A stretch of DNA of 29,781 nucleotides from Selaginella moellendorffii (lineage: Eukaryota; Plantae; Lycopodiophyta), in the NCBI RefSeq assembly GCF_000143415.4, contig NW_003314287.1, positions 1,719,634 to 1,749,414 on the forward strand, read 5' to 3'. Below are positions 10,767 to 22,500 of the stretch, in pieces. The translations under genes and the position numbers were made by a program. Every line of letters begins with the position of its first letter. The first letter of the stretch is position 1. The notes below the pieces were generated by a model, which had not been told where the DNA came from, did not search any database, and worked only from the letters and a program-made list of their open reading frames with translations.

Positions 10767-13386
10767 TCAACATGCCCAAATATTATGGTAAACCATAAGT
10801 TCACCACCCCGGGCAACCAAGAGTGAGCACTGGGTAGTTGAAACATGTTGCAATATATGAGATGTATGAACTTTTGACCACGTGTACTCCTTGTCTCCGA
10901 TAGTGAACACCATGTGCTGCTCCAAAAAGTTAATCAAGATATCACCTAGTGTCCACAAGACATCAACTCCAAGAACGACATCAATTGCCCCCATATTGAG
11001 AACATGAAAAGTCCTTGTAAACTAGTACCCCCCACTATCATGGCACAATGAATCAGAGCTACTGAAGAAATTGTTCCCCCACCTACAACCTCCACTAGCA
11101 TCGGCGTAGATAGTGCCATAGACGAAATCTTGAGCCTCTAGAGAGAATGGCAGTTGATGTATGTATGGGAAGCTCCAGAATCCACCAACATGTAATATCT
11201 CTTGATCCTACAATTTCCTTCACATGTAAACATTGAGGATGTGACTTCTCATGAATGCATGCAAGGAAATGAACATCATTGCTGGTTTAGGAACTTCCTT
11301 GTCCACTACATCACTAACAGAAGATTCAACCTCCAGCACAAAGTAGGCTTTGTGGACATCCAAGCCATCTGGTGAAGGCCTCCTTAATCATCCTCTTGAA
11401 AATGAATCAATGTCACCTTTCCTTTCATTGAAATTTGCTGATTATGCTTTAGACACACTTCACGATGTCCTTGGAACCAAATTGAAACATTTCCCTTCCT
11501 TAATGTTGTCCAAGCACTTGGATCTATCAATGGATGGAGGAAATATAGATTGTTGGGGAGATGACATTGGAACTTGAGGAACCACCTAGTGTGTAGGTCT
11601 GTTGGTTCACGGTACTTTACCAAAACAGGCAGGATCAGTGTTGGAAGAGAGTTGAGCTTCTAGACCACGAAACTTGATGTTGGCATTGAGGGCCAGCTGC
11701 GTTGCTTATTGCAATGTCACTGGTCGCAGTTGGGCAATATCAAATCCCATGCTTGCTGGAAGCAATGCAAGGTATTACTGAGTGAGAACATCCTCCAGAA
11801 TTCCCTGAACTCTGAACCTAGTTTTTAGCGAAAACTCATTGAACTCTTGCAAGGAATGAGAACACAGTGCATAACAAAGAGTTGTTGAAGGGAAGATTTG
11901 CCACTGTTGTCAAGAAAAACTTTTCAGCTAAGAGTTTTTTGAAATCCTCCCAAGATAGTGTCACTTAGTACTGCTCTAAAGTGTAATACCAATCAAATGC
12001 CAAGCCCTTCAAGTAAATTGACGCGAAAGGAACATGCTTCTACTCCAATACTTCCATGATGGCAAAATAACAATCAAAGCACCTAGTCCACTCTTGAAGC
12101 ACCATGCGATCATTTTCCCTTGCATATACTGAGTGAGAGGGGACTTTTCTTTATATAGCCATCTACTGAAGCCATCAGGCTTCAGTATAGACTGAAGCCA
12201 TCAGGCTTTAGTCTGCACCCAAGTAAACCTCTTATATACACTAGTGGAATTGTCGGAAAAAAACTTGCTACAAAATATGATGGATGCCACAGACAAGTAG
12301 GTGGTATCGATGATGGAATGCCCCCTGATTTGAAAATCCATGGACTGGATAAAGCACTACTGCTTGATTGGGGAGATGACAAAAAAGGTGGTGAGCTTGT
12401 CTTTTCTCTCAAAGCTGCCACTTAAGCTGGTGATAGGAATGAGAATGTTGGGACACTTGATGTAAATTCCATTGGTATTGATGTAGATTGCCCCCACAAT
12501 GTTTCCCGAGTTGATCCCCCAAAAGAGATGGGCAATCCACCAAAATGTCCATGTCTCATATCCTGCACCCCACCAAAAGTACCAAACAAAGGCAGTGTTG
12601 TGGAGGAAAAATGCCACACCTCCAGAGCATCTTGAAACACCACAGATTCTTACCCCCCACTTGCCGATGTTACAAACGAAGTGCTTATTTGAGTTGAACC
12701 TCCAAGAGATAAGCTTGTCCCTTAGCTTGAGCTAATTCTAAAGAACGAAGTCCTCAAACCTCTTCCTGGTGATCTAGACTCATATCCATGAACTTGCTGA
12801 GGCACTCCTCAAATGACATCACCAAAACTTCCACAACCTCCTCTAAGGTGCCCTTGACAGCTGCCAGAACCAGCTTCTTTCCCTTGTGAGAAAGAATGAA
12901 TAGCTTCCTCTCGCAACCCCTGAGCAATGATCCCTAGAGGAAGAAAACTTTGCCTTCTTTCTTCACACCCTTTAGGATCGGCTCAAATCCCTTTGGCATC
13001 TCACTTTTTCCCCTGCTCAAAAACAATCCCATCTAAATCTCCTATAGCCAATTCTTTGTCATATATGTAATGGATGTGGATCATGATGCTTCGATATCAC
13101 TGTTGGAGACTCATGGAAAGCTATGTCTGCCAGTCATGTTGCTAAACCCATGAGTGGGAGAATAAACAACCTTAAATAATAGAAAAGAGGGAGATAGCCA
13201 TAAGGGTTGTAGAAGAAAAGAAAGAGAGAAGAGAGAAGAGAGGAAAAAGTAAAGAAAGTAAACATAACTTAATGTCCCACCACCTTCTATCTTGAATATA
13301 TTCAACCCTTCATATAAAGTGGGACTAAACACATGGAACACTTAAACTAAGTGTAAAGTTGGTGTGGCTTTAATTGGGGGCTAACA
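10767..13386 (-). mobile_element. Truncated, decayed Ty3/gypsy element (5' LTR, PBS, gag, protease)
   Basis: Minus strand reads gag FASIYLKGLAFDWYY (~11985-12030), a degenerate zinc knuckle GKCFN (~11480), protease MLVDSGASHTYI (~11160-11195) and DVVLGVDVLWTLGDILINF. No RT is seen downstream. The left boundary is approximate. Confidence 0.8.
13101..13386 (-). repeat. Probable 5' LTR of the minus-strand gypsy element
   Basis: TGTT...AACA inverted termini, followed on the minus strand by GTGATATCGAAGC, a degenerate tRNA-iMet PBS (TGGTATCAGAGC). No partner LTR in the window. Confidence 0.6.
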
Positions 13387-14191
13387 AGTACCTTAGGTTA
13401 AAATGAAAATTTTTGGAGGTTGTGAATGAAACTCTTGCAAATAGTTTAAGGTGTGGTTAAAATATTAAAGTAGAATAAAAAATTTAATTGCTTATAGCTG
13501 TCTCAAAGGATTTCTTAAGCTACTTCATACCTCAATGAGGTAAATTATGTTTATTAAGATTTTAATATATGTTTAGTTCTATCTTATACATCACAATCAA
13601 GTAGAGTTAAAAGACTTTGGAAGTTTCCCCAACTATACAAAAGTTATAGCTCAACAATTGCAAGGTAAATCTTCCCCATAATACTAATATAAAAGGAGTA
13701 GAAGGAATTGATATGTTGATAATGAGGTAGAAGAAAGTTAAATGCATCCTTTTTTGAAATGAAAATTCTGTTATATGTTAAATATCCGTAACAATGTTAG
13801 ATGTTGGTAATAGTGTCAATGTCATATATCATAATTGCAAATTATTATTCTTACATGCAATCATCACCCTATAGTGGTTATATGTTGCCATTTCATTCTT
13901 CAACATCTTGTAAATAATTGTATATAAATTGATAACACCATTTGTATGGTAATTGTGGCAATGCTCAAGAAATCTATTCAAAACCATAGAAATGAATTTT
14001 TCACCTAAGACAAAAAAGCATATTAGGCACTTTAGAATCAAACTCTTAATTTATTCACTAATTCCTACTAAATCAAGAATGGGTTAAAACTATTATAAGC
14101 TATAGGACATATGTATTTTTGGTTTGCTTAAGCAAACATGTATATGTATGGGGTGATTGTGGATATACCTAGAATATGCTTGAATATTCTA

Positions 14192-14445
14192 GGATATTCT
14201 ACCATTTAATAGTTGTTATTCATTTAGATTAATCTTGTATTTATAATTTATAGACATGTTTATAATTTATAAACTTTCTTAAAAATTTCTATTATATTCT
14301 AGTTTATTCTACCATCTAATGGTTGATATTCAATAAAATTAATCTTATGTTCATAAATTATAAATATGTTTATAATTATAAACTTCCATTAATAAATAAG
14401 AATAACACTAAGCATTGCTATATGCAACATGCAGCAAATTATTTT
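14192..14445 (+). repeat. AT-rich dispersed repeat, copy 1
   Basis: Shares blocks such as GTTGTTATTCATTTAGATTAAT, TTTATAATTTATAAACTTT, TCTAGTTTATT and GAATAACACTA, in the same order, with 23179-23440. Confidence 0.7.
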
Positions 14446-14482
14446 ATATGTAAACTCACAACTTTGTATGTCTTTGGGGCAA

Positions 14483-14800
14483 AGATGCTAAGTGTGGAAG
14501 CATCAAGCGAGCTCGCAGCCAGTTCAATTCAACCTAGCAGAAAGACATTGTTTTCTGGAACTCCATGATCACCCTCTACAGTCAGAATGGTCACGGTAGA
14601 GAAGCTCTACAGCTTTTCAGAGACATGGTTCACGCTGGCAATGGAGTGGAGTTGAGGAGTGCTCTCTCCGCGTGCAGCCATTTTCGGCCCACAGATATTT
14701 CTTGAGCAAGACTATGGAGTTTCGCCCACGATAGGGCACTACATTTGCATCATCGATCTTCTGGCGAGAGGTGGACGAGCGTCGGCTGCTCGCGAAGATC
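14483..14800 (+). pseudogene. PPR (PLS-class) gene relic
   Basis: AKCGSIKRARSQF..*..WNSMITLYSQNGHGREALQLFRDM..LSACSH, then in a shifted frame DYGVSPTIGHYICIIDLLARGG. Confidence 0.8.
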
Positions 14801-15029
14801 AAGGCAAAGCTGGGAAAGCAGCAGTAAAGCCTTCAGCGGAATCTCGAGCTCTTCAGCAAGTTGGAGACATTTTTCTTCTCGTTGGCGATTCCAGTACAAT
14901 AGTGTTGCTGCCATCGCTGCTGAATGATTCTCGGCTTGGATGAAAAGCAGGGGACGCCACCTTTTTGAGTTTTGAAACTCTCGACTAGCGAGTTCTACTT
15001 CTACTGCCGGACGACAAGTTTGATCACGC

Positions 15030-15310
15030 AGCTTGTATATCGAACACAGCAGTGCATATGGTCTCTCGGGATCCAGCTTAAACGCCTGATGTGCCGCTCG
15101 TCCTCCCCTCTGGGAGTCCTTGTACGCAATAACGTCCACAGCGCCCCCAGCATACATCTGCCACAGCAAGTTTCCACAATCCCGGCTACAATCGAGGCCA
15201 CCCTCTGCCAATTCCGCGTTCTGGCACATCTCCGCAAGATCTCCACATAATTTCTGGAAGCATCCGTGCAAAGACCACGAAAGGAAGAGAAAGATAACAC
15301 CATCAAACAT
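15030..15310 (-). pseudogene. PPR E-domain relic
   Basis: FDGVIFL... and DSQRGGRAAHQAFKLDPERPYALLCSIY resemble the last PPR motif and E-domain; heavily degraded. Confidence 0.55.
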
Positions 15311-15362
15311 CCATAGCTCGCTCTCTTTCTTTCATTTGATCAATGACCAATCAAACTATTGT

Positions 15363-17216
15363 TTAGATATTGTCAAGATCATCATCGTTGTGGAGCTTCC
15401 AAGCGCTTGTTCTCGCCGCCTCGCTCGGCTCAAACGGCATGCTCACAACGAGCTCCTCGGCCTCGTCTGCTCGACCAGATCGTCCCAGCAGATCCACCAA
15501 GCACCAGAAATGACTTGGAGCGACCTCTTCGCCATAGTCCTCCCCAATCGACACGAAAAACTCTCGACCCCTGTTGATCCATCCTACGTGACTACACGCT
15601 GATAGAACACCCACGAATGTCACATCGTTGGGACGAGCTCCCTCGAGCAACATCTCCTCAAAGAGCTCCAAAGCTTCTTTGCTATGCCCATTTTGGGCAT
15701 ATGCCACCACCATTGCATTCCACGACACTATCGTTTGCTCCAAGAGACCATCAAAGATCAACCTTGCTATTCCAAGTTTCCCGTGCTTTGCGTACATGTT
15801 CAGGAGCGCAGTCCCAACGGAGGGATCATCTGCAAGTTTACGATCCTTGACACAGGCATGGATCTCTTGTCCTTGGCTAAGAAATCCCTTGTGTTGGCAA
15901 GCATCAAAAATGCTAATGAAAGTCACCTTGTCTGGATGGATTCCTTCCAAGTCCATTGCTTGAAACAAGCCCAGAGCTCCAGCAGCATCGGCATTCTGGG
16001 CATATGCCGCGAGCATGGCCGTCCAGCAAACGAGATCACGCTTTGGCATCTGGTTGAACAGATCTCTCGCCATGAGAACGTTTCCGTGAAGACCATACGC
16101 GCCAATCATGGTGATCCAAGCAACATTGTCACGGACGCTCATTTCGTCAAAAATTTTCCTTGCCTGTTTCGTATGCCCAAAACGGCCATAAGCTGAAAGC
16201 ATGACAGTCTGAGCGACTAAGTCCGGATCAGCCATCTGATTATAAATCTCGCTGGCGGCCTCGATGTCACCTTCTTTACCGTATGCAGCAAGAAGAGCAG
16301 TATGGGTTCTCGTTTCCATTTGAGATTTGCTAGCTACGAGCTTTAAACAATCTTCCATATACCCAGCTCGGGCATATGCTGCAACCATATTGCTCAAAGC
16401 GATATCGTCCCATTCGGGCATCTCTTCAAATGTTGTTCTTGCTTGGATCAAAAGATTTGCTCGGGTGTAAGCGGCTACAAGAGATGTCCAAGACAGTAGA
16501 CTCCTTTGAGGTGATCTCATAAAAGATTGTTTTGCCGCCTCGATATGCCCATTCTGGGCATACGCTGCCGCTAGAGCATCCCACGAGACAATACTGTGCT
16601 CTGGAACGGCATCAAACAATCTCTTTGCCTGGGTGACGTTTGCGTTAACTTGGACGTAAGCCGCGATCATGGTGTTCCAAGTGTAAGCGTCGTGCTCAGG
16701 GATCCGATCAAACGTTTCTTGAGCGAGCTCCATATCTCGAGCTTCGGCATAGCCACCAAGCATTGTGTTCCAGGCCAGCAAATTCTTCCAGGGCATTGCA
16801 TCGAAGTATTTTCGAGCTCTCTCCACATCGCCATCTTGGACCAAAGCTCTTATGATTGTCACCCACGACGATTGATTCTTGCCTGGAGCAATCGCAAACA
16901 AGTCCCGGGCCTCATCCATATGCCCTTTTCGGGCATACGCGCTGATCATGAAGTTCCACGATGAGATTTGCTTCTCTCGAATGCGATCGAACACTTCCTC
17001 TGCCTCCTTGATGTTGCTACACTTCCCATAAATCTGGATAAGCAAATTTCCCAGGAGAGCTTCGTGTTGTAGGCCGGCATCAGTGATTTTGCGGTGGATT
17101 TTGTGGCTCTCCGCCAAGTTTCTCGTTTGGAGGCAGCTTTTGAGCTCACTCAAGAACGATTCTTTGCATGGCACCGAGCCAAAGAATCGAAGAGAAAGAC
17201 CCCTGGATGACCACAT
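15363..17216 (-). CDS. PLS-class pentatricopeptide repeat protein with truncated E domain (617 aa)
   Basis: Intronless ORF with repeated ~31-aa motifs (WNTMI.AY...G....A...FD..P), VLSACSHVG and CLVDLLGRSG. The N-terminus (MWSSRGLSLRFFGS) resembles an organellar targeting peptide. No DYW domain. Confidence 0.92.
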   Translation of the reverse strand: MWSSRGLSLRFFGSVPCKESFLSELKSCLQTRNLAESHKIHRKITDAGLQHEALLGNLLIQIYGKCSNIKEAEEVFDRIREKQISSWNFMISAYARKGHMDEARDLFAIAPGKNQSSWVTIIRALVQDGDVERARKYFDAMPWKNLLAWNTMLGGYAEARDMELAQETFDRIPEHDAYTWNTMIAAYVQVNANVTQAKRLFDAVPEHSIVSWDALAAAYAQNGHIEAAKQSFMRSPQRSLLSWTSLVAAYTRANLLIQARTTFEEMPEWDDIALSNMVAAYARAGYMEDCLKLVASKSQMETRTHTALLAAYGKEGDIEAASEIYNQMADPDLVAQTVMLSAYGRFGHTKQARKIFDEMSVRDNVAWITMIGAYGLHGNVLMARDLFNQMPKRDLVCWTAMLAAYAQNADAAGALGLFQAMDLEGIHPDKVTFISIFDACQHKGFLSQGQEIHACVKDRKLADDPSVGTALLNMYAKHGKLGIARLIFDGLLEQTIVSWNAMVVAYAQNGHSKEALELFEEMLLEGARPNDVTFVGVLSACSHVGWINRGREFFVSIGEDYGEEVAPSHFWCLVDLLGRSGRADEAEELVVSMPFEPSEAARTSAWKLHNDDDLDNI

Positions 17217-17240
17217 AAACAGGGCAATGGTATATATGCC

Positions 17241-19196
17241 CTACTTGGGCATATGATGCGCAAGGCGCTGGATCTTTCCGGCTTCTCCAAAGATGTTGGA
17301 AAGAAGAATGTACGAAGACAGTGGAAAGTCCTTCTCTTTCTCCTTGCCCGAGTAGATGCCTCCGAGATTATCACACTCCTTGGCGATTCGTGCTGCTCGA
17401 TCCATATCTTTGTGCAGCTTGCAAGCGCCAAGCAAGCTCATCCATGCAACTTCATTCGGCTCAAACGGCATTGCTTTCAGGAGCTCCTCTGCCTCTCCCA
17501 CTCGTCCCGATCGACCAAGAAGATCTACCATGCAAACGAAGTGCTCGCAGCTCGGCTCCCCAATCCCAAAATCTCGAGTTATTGCTAGGAAGTGCTGGTA
17601 CCCTTCGTTTAGCCACCCCGCATGGCTACAAGCGGCAAGAATGCCCATGATAGTTACATCGTTGGGAGGCATACCCTGCAACGCCATATCGTTAAAGAGC
17701 TCCAGAGCTTCGGTGTTATGCCCGTTTTGGGCATACGCAACGATCATCGCAGTCCACGAAACAACATCTTGGGTTTTTAATGTGTTGAAAATGGTTCTCG
17801 CCTCGCCAACTTTCCCCGTTCGAGCGTAGAAGTTGAAGATCGCTGTTCCAACCGCGACATCGGTCTCGAGATCATTGCCAAGAATAGATGAGTGGATGAT
17901 CTTGCCTTCGGCAATGCAGCCACGCTCGAGGCACGAATCGAAAATGCTGATCAAGGTGATTTTGTCCACTGGAACTCCTTCCAGGTCCATCGATCCAAAA
18001 AGCTCCAGAGCCTCTCGAACTCGTCCATACTGGACATGCGAAGCGATGATCGCCGTCCAAGCCACCGAGTCTCGATTCTCCAATCTGTCAAACATCTTCC
18101 GGGCTTCTTGGAGACGGCCGAGCTGCGCAAAAGCCCCCAGCATTGCCGTCCACGCCACCATATCCGGAGAGGGCATCCTCTCGAAGAGTTTTACTGCCTC
18201 CTCGAGCTCTCCATTCCGAGCGTGAGTACTGATCATCACTGTCCACGGCCTTTTGCTTCCCTCTGGCGAGACTTCCAGCAGACCTTTTGCACAATCCATG
18301 CGATCGTGTTGTGTGTATGCCGCGATCATCGTGCTCCAAGCCATGTCATCTCGATCTGGCATCTCATCAAAGAGATTTCTAGCCTCTTCTACTCGACCGT
18401 TTTTCGCTAGAGCCGTGACCATCGACGTCCAGCAAACGATGGATCTCTTTGGAAGCTTGTCAAACACATCTTTCGCTTCTTGCGAATACCCCTTTTGTGC
18501 GTAAGCGGCTATCAAAGCACTCCATGAGACTACTGTTCTTTCGGGAACACGATCAAACAGATCCTTTAAAAGATTCTCTTGAGATTCACGGAGAAACGCT
18601 GCCATCATCGTGTTCCACGTGAAAACATCCTTCTGGGGGATATTGTCAAAGAGCACTGCTGTAACGACGAATTCTCCACTATGGGCAAATGCTTTCAAGA
18701 GCGTGTTCCACGAAAGTAAGTTTCGCACGGGCATAGAATCAAAAATAAGTTTCGCTTGAATGGAGTCGCCAACTTTTGCATAAGCGGAGATCATGGTGTC
18801 AAAAGAAACAGCGTCTTTCTTTCTCATGCTATCGAACATAGATCGAGCGGTCTTGATATACCCGTTTTGGGCATATGCTCCCATAAGTATGTTCCACGAG
18901 TAGGAGTTTTTCCGTGTGATCCCATCAAACACCAGCTTCGCGTCCTCAACACTGCCGCATCTTCCAAACATTTGTACTAGCACATTGCCGAAGTAGCGAT
19001 CGCGATCGAAGCCACCGAGCTTGGAAAGCGAAGCCTGGATTCGTCGCCCAAGACCCACGTCCCTGCTTGCGCCGCACCGCTGGAGCAAATCCAGGAATCC
19101 TGTGTGATTGAGCTCTCCCTCGGCCATCAGTCGCTCAAGATCTTGATTGAGGTTCGCGAGACCGTCGTCCACGAGGCATGAGAAACGCCGTCGCAT
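17241..19196 (-). CDS. PLS-class E-subgroup pentatricopeptide repeat protein (651 aa)
   Basis: Intronless ORF with many PPR motifs and an E domain (VAWMSLLGACKLH...SYILLSNIF). No DYW domain. Confidence 0.94.
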   Translation of the reverse strand: MRRRFSCLVDDGLANLNQDLERLMAEGELNHTGFLDLLQRCGASRDVGLGRRIQASLSKLGGFDRDRYFGNVLVQMFGRCGSVEDAKLVFDGITRKNSYSWNILMGAYAQNGYIKTARSMFDSMRKKDAVSFDTMISAYAKVGDSIQAKLIFDSMPVRNLLSWNTLLKAFAHSGEFVVTAVLFDNIPQKDVFTWNTMMAAFLRESQENLLKDLFDRVPERTVVSWSALIAAYAQKGYSQEAKDVFDKLPKRSIVCWTSMVTALAKNGRVEEARNLFDEMPDRDDMAWSTMIAAYTQHDRMDCAKGLLEVSPEGSKRPWTVMISTHARNGELEEAVKLFERMPSPDMVAWTAMLGAFAQLGRLQEARKMFDRLENRDSVAWTAIIASHVQYGRVREALELFGSMDLEGVPVDKITLISIFDSCLERGCIAEGKIIHSSILGNDLETDVAVGTAIFNFYARTGKVGEARTIFNTLKTQDVVSWTAMIVAYAQNGHNTEALELFNDMALQGMPPNDVTIMGILAACSHAGWLNEGYQHFLAITRDFGIGEPSCEHFVCMVDLLGRSGRVGEAEELLKAMPFEPNEVAWMSLLGACKLHKDMDRAARIAKECDNLGGIYSGKEKEKDFPLSSYILLSNIFGEAGKIQRLAHHMPK

Positions 19197-19348
19197 TGTA
19201 ATTCTTTCCTAGGATTCCTTCCAACGCATCGCGACCTACTCCTCTTCCGACCTACGATCGCTCTCCGCTGGGTGATCACTCTTTAAGCACGACGGCCATC
19301 GAAACACCTTCCTGGTGTTCGGCAATGCGGCAGCTTGGACGAATCCCG

Positions 19349-19467
19349 TGTTAATATTCAGGGGAATATGCCGACAAGCTGAAGAGTCAACGGTCGCGAC
19401 AGTTAGACTGAGATAGATTATAACAGCGTGTTATCAATCCAATCTCTAGTTGAGTCGATTCGTTTCA
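19349..19467 (+). repeat. Copia 5' LTR (119 bp)
   Basis: TG...CA termini; identical to 22713-22831. Confidence 0.98.
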
Positions 19468-19479
19468 TGGTATCGGAGC
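19468..19479 (+). promoter_or_regulatory. tRNA-iMet primer binding site
   Basis: TGGTATCGGAGC differs from the canonical TGGTATCAGAGC by one A>G, compatible with a G-U wobble. Confidence 0.9.
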
Positions 19480-19514
19480 TGAGATTCTGATCAAGACGAG
19501 TTTCTCGCAGCAGC

Positions 19515-22500
19515 ATGTCTCCGTCGTCGTCGCAAGTGCTCGAAGTCTACGATGGCAAAGATTTTCCGTCGTGGAAACTTCAGATGCAACTCTACTTCCT
19601 GGAAAAGGATCTGTGGAATGTGGTGAGGGGAAAGGAACGGCGACCTCCATCACCAGTCCGGCAGACCAAGAAGAAAGCGAAGGAGGGTGAAGAAGAAACA
19701 AAGGATGAGGATCCGGTGGACACCTTGAAAGCAGAGCGCAAGGATTGGGATGCCAAGAACGACAAGGCGTTGGGCATCTTAGGTCGCGCTCTGGCAAAAA
19801 GATACAGGAGCCACCTGAACATGGAGGATACAGCGAAGGCGAATTGGGAGAAGATCTGCCAGGTTTTTGGCACATGCAGCAGGGCACGGTTGATCGATCT
19901 GAAAACCCAGTTCAACGGGTGTCAACAGGGCAGTAGTTCAGTAAATGACTATGCCAGTCGCCTTATGGGCCTTGCACAGCAGATCACTGACGCTCAGGAG
20001 AATCCGGTCGGTGATGACGAGCTCACATCAGCGCTGTTCAAGGGACTCTCCACAACCTTACTCGTTTCTGGAGCCCATCTCATGAATTCTCACCTCACCT
20101 TTGAGGAGATTGTTGCAGAACTCTCAGCTCTTGAGAACTTCCTCAGCCCCGAGGAAAAGAACAAGGAGGAGAAGGTAGAACTTGCTCTGTTCACAGCAAA
20201 CAGCAAGCGGTCAACCACAGTGTGGGATCGGCTGGGCCCAGTGAATAAGGTGGACAAAGGCGGCACCAGCAAGAGCAAGCGCAGCAAACGTGATGACAGA
20301 TGCAACGCATGCAAAGCACCAGGTCATTTTGCCAGAGACTGCACTCATGCTGAGGCAAAGAAGGCATGGCAGGCCAGGAAGGATGCGATGGCGAAGAAAG
20401 GCAAGAAGAAGCAGGTGGCAAACTATGCAAAATCTGCTCATTCGAAGAGAGAGGCAGCAACTTCAGATGAGGAAGATGAAGATGAAGCTGAGTGCCATGA
20501 CAGTCTGTTCATGGCAAGGAGGGTGAGTGCAGAGAAGCACCAGAGTCACCAGTCGACACAGCCCGATCGAGTGAGTACAGTCAGTACCACAGCAGCAGAG
20601 GTTGTGTGGGTCGACTCCGGAGCAAACCAGCACATGACACACGTCCGAGAGCTGTTCTCCAAGCTGCTACCAGTCAAGGACCAGAGGATTTACCTAGGCG
20701 ATGACTACTCTCATGAAGTGAAAGGTGTGGGGACAATTCAGGTGCAGCTAGCATCTGGACAAGTGGTTCCCATTCACAACGTGTACTACGTTCCTGGAGT
20801 CCCGAAGACGCTGTTCTCAGTCGGGAAGATCGCTGATCATGGCCTTAAAGTCGAGTTTGACAACAATGGCTGCAGGATCAAAGGATCAGATGACAAGATG
20901 CTGGCCAGTGGACGTAGGTACTCGGGCCTTTACAGGCTGAATGCAGAAGTGATCCAGCCACAGCGGTTGTGCTACGCCGGTGCCCAGAAGGCAGTCGACA
21001 CTGCGACTTGGCACAGGAGATTGGGTCACACCAACCAGCAGGCGTTGAAGCAGCTAAGCAAGCAGGAGCTGGTGATCGGCCTCCGCATAACTCCTCCAGC
21101 AGGTGGCAGCTCGTTTTGCGAGCCGTGTGCACTGGGTAAAGCTCACAGGCTCCCTCATCCAACTGCATCCACTAACCGAGCTAAGGGAATCCTGGACTTG
21201 GTTCACTCTGATGTTGGCACGATGCCGAATATGTCCAGAGACGGGAAACAGTACTTTGTCACGTTCGTGGACGATTTTTCTCGCATCGTGGCCATCAAGT
21301 TCCTGAGGAAGAAATCAGAGGTGTTCCAGAAGTTCAAGGACTACAAAGCTCAGGTGGAGCTCCAGACAGGAAAGCTGATCAAGGCATTCAGGAGCGATGG
21401 CGGTGGCGAGTTTGTGTCGAGAGAATTTGATGAGTTTTGTAGTTCAGCTGGAATACAACGTCAATTCTCCATCCCAGACACTCAGCAGCAGAACGGTGTA
21501 GCAGAGAGGATGAACAGAACGCTGCAAGATGTAGCAAGAACCCTGCTGGAAGACTCAGGCCTTCCAAAGTTTTTTTGGTGTGAGGCGATGGAGACCGCCG
21601 CTTATCTGAGGAACAGACAGCTCACTGTTGCAGTTTCGGGTCAAACTCCCTATCAAGCTTGGTATGGGAGTAAACCAGACATCAGCCATCTGCGAGTGTT
21701 CGGGAGTGTCTGCTACGCTCATGTAAAGCGACATCATCGCAGCAAGCTTGAAAGAACCAGTCAGAAGTGTGTTCTCGTCGGCTACTCCGAACAGATGAAA
21801 GGCTACAAGTTGTTCAACCTGGAGACTCAGAAGTTGATCGTGGCCAGAGATGTCATCTTCGATGAGACCAGAACTTACGGCACTCGGGCCCTCCCACCAC
21901 CGCCAACTTTGGTATCGCCCGAGGTTACCTCGGACTCGGATAACTCGGATGAAGAAGTTAGGGCAGCGAGTTATGGGAGAACGAGGAGCGGACGCCAGCC
22001 AGGTACGCAGGGTTCAGCCACAGGGCATGGAGCTGGTGGGAGCCAGCGTGATCTAGGGCCAGGTTCAGCAATCGGAGCTGGAGTTAGTGAGCCTCCAGCT
22101 GCAGGTGGCGGTAATCCGATCTCACCAGCGGGTGGGAGTCAGGCCGATCAGGGGGGGAGCTCTCAAGCGAGTGATCAGGCAGTGGGTCTTGATCAGCAGG
22201 CTTCAGATGGCAGAGAGGTTGCCGTTTCAGCTCCACCGTTACGTCGATCCACTCGAGTAACAAAGCTCACAGAGGCAGGGCACCAGTACCAGGAGCAGCG
22301 TGATCTTGCTGTTGCCAAGCGTGAGTCCAGAGCAGAGGCTAAGGCAGTGAGAGAAAGAGCAGCATCGGCTCCTCAAGCAGCCAAGGAGTGCATTTGGCTG
22401 AGAACTTTGCTGGACGGGCTCAGCTATAAGCAGGAGGAAGCGACGGAGCTCTTCTGCGATAATCAAGGAGCCATAGCATTGGCGAAAAATCCGAAGTTCC

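Noticed and set aside
15600-19000. Many plus-strand ORFs opposite the PPR genes
   Set aside because: Antisense shadow ORFs with no recognisable domains.
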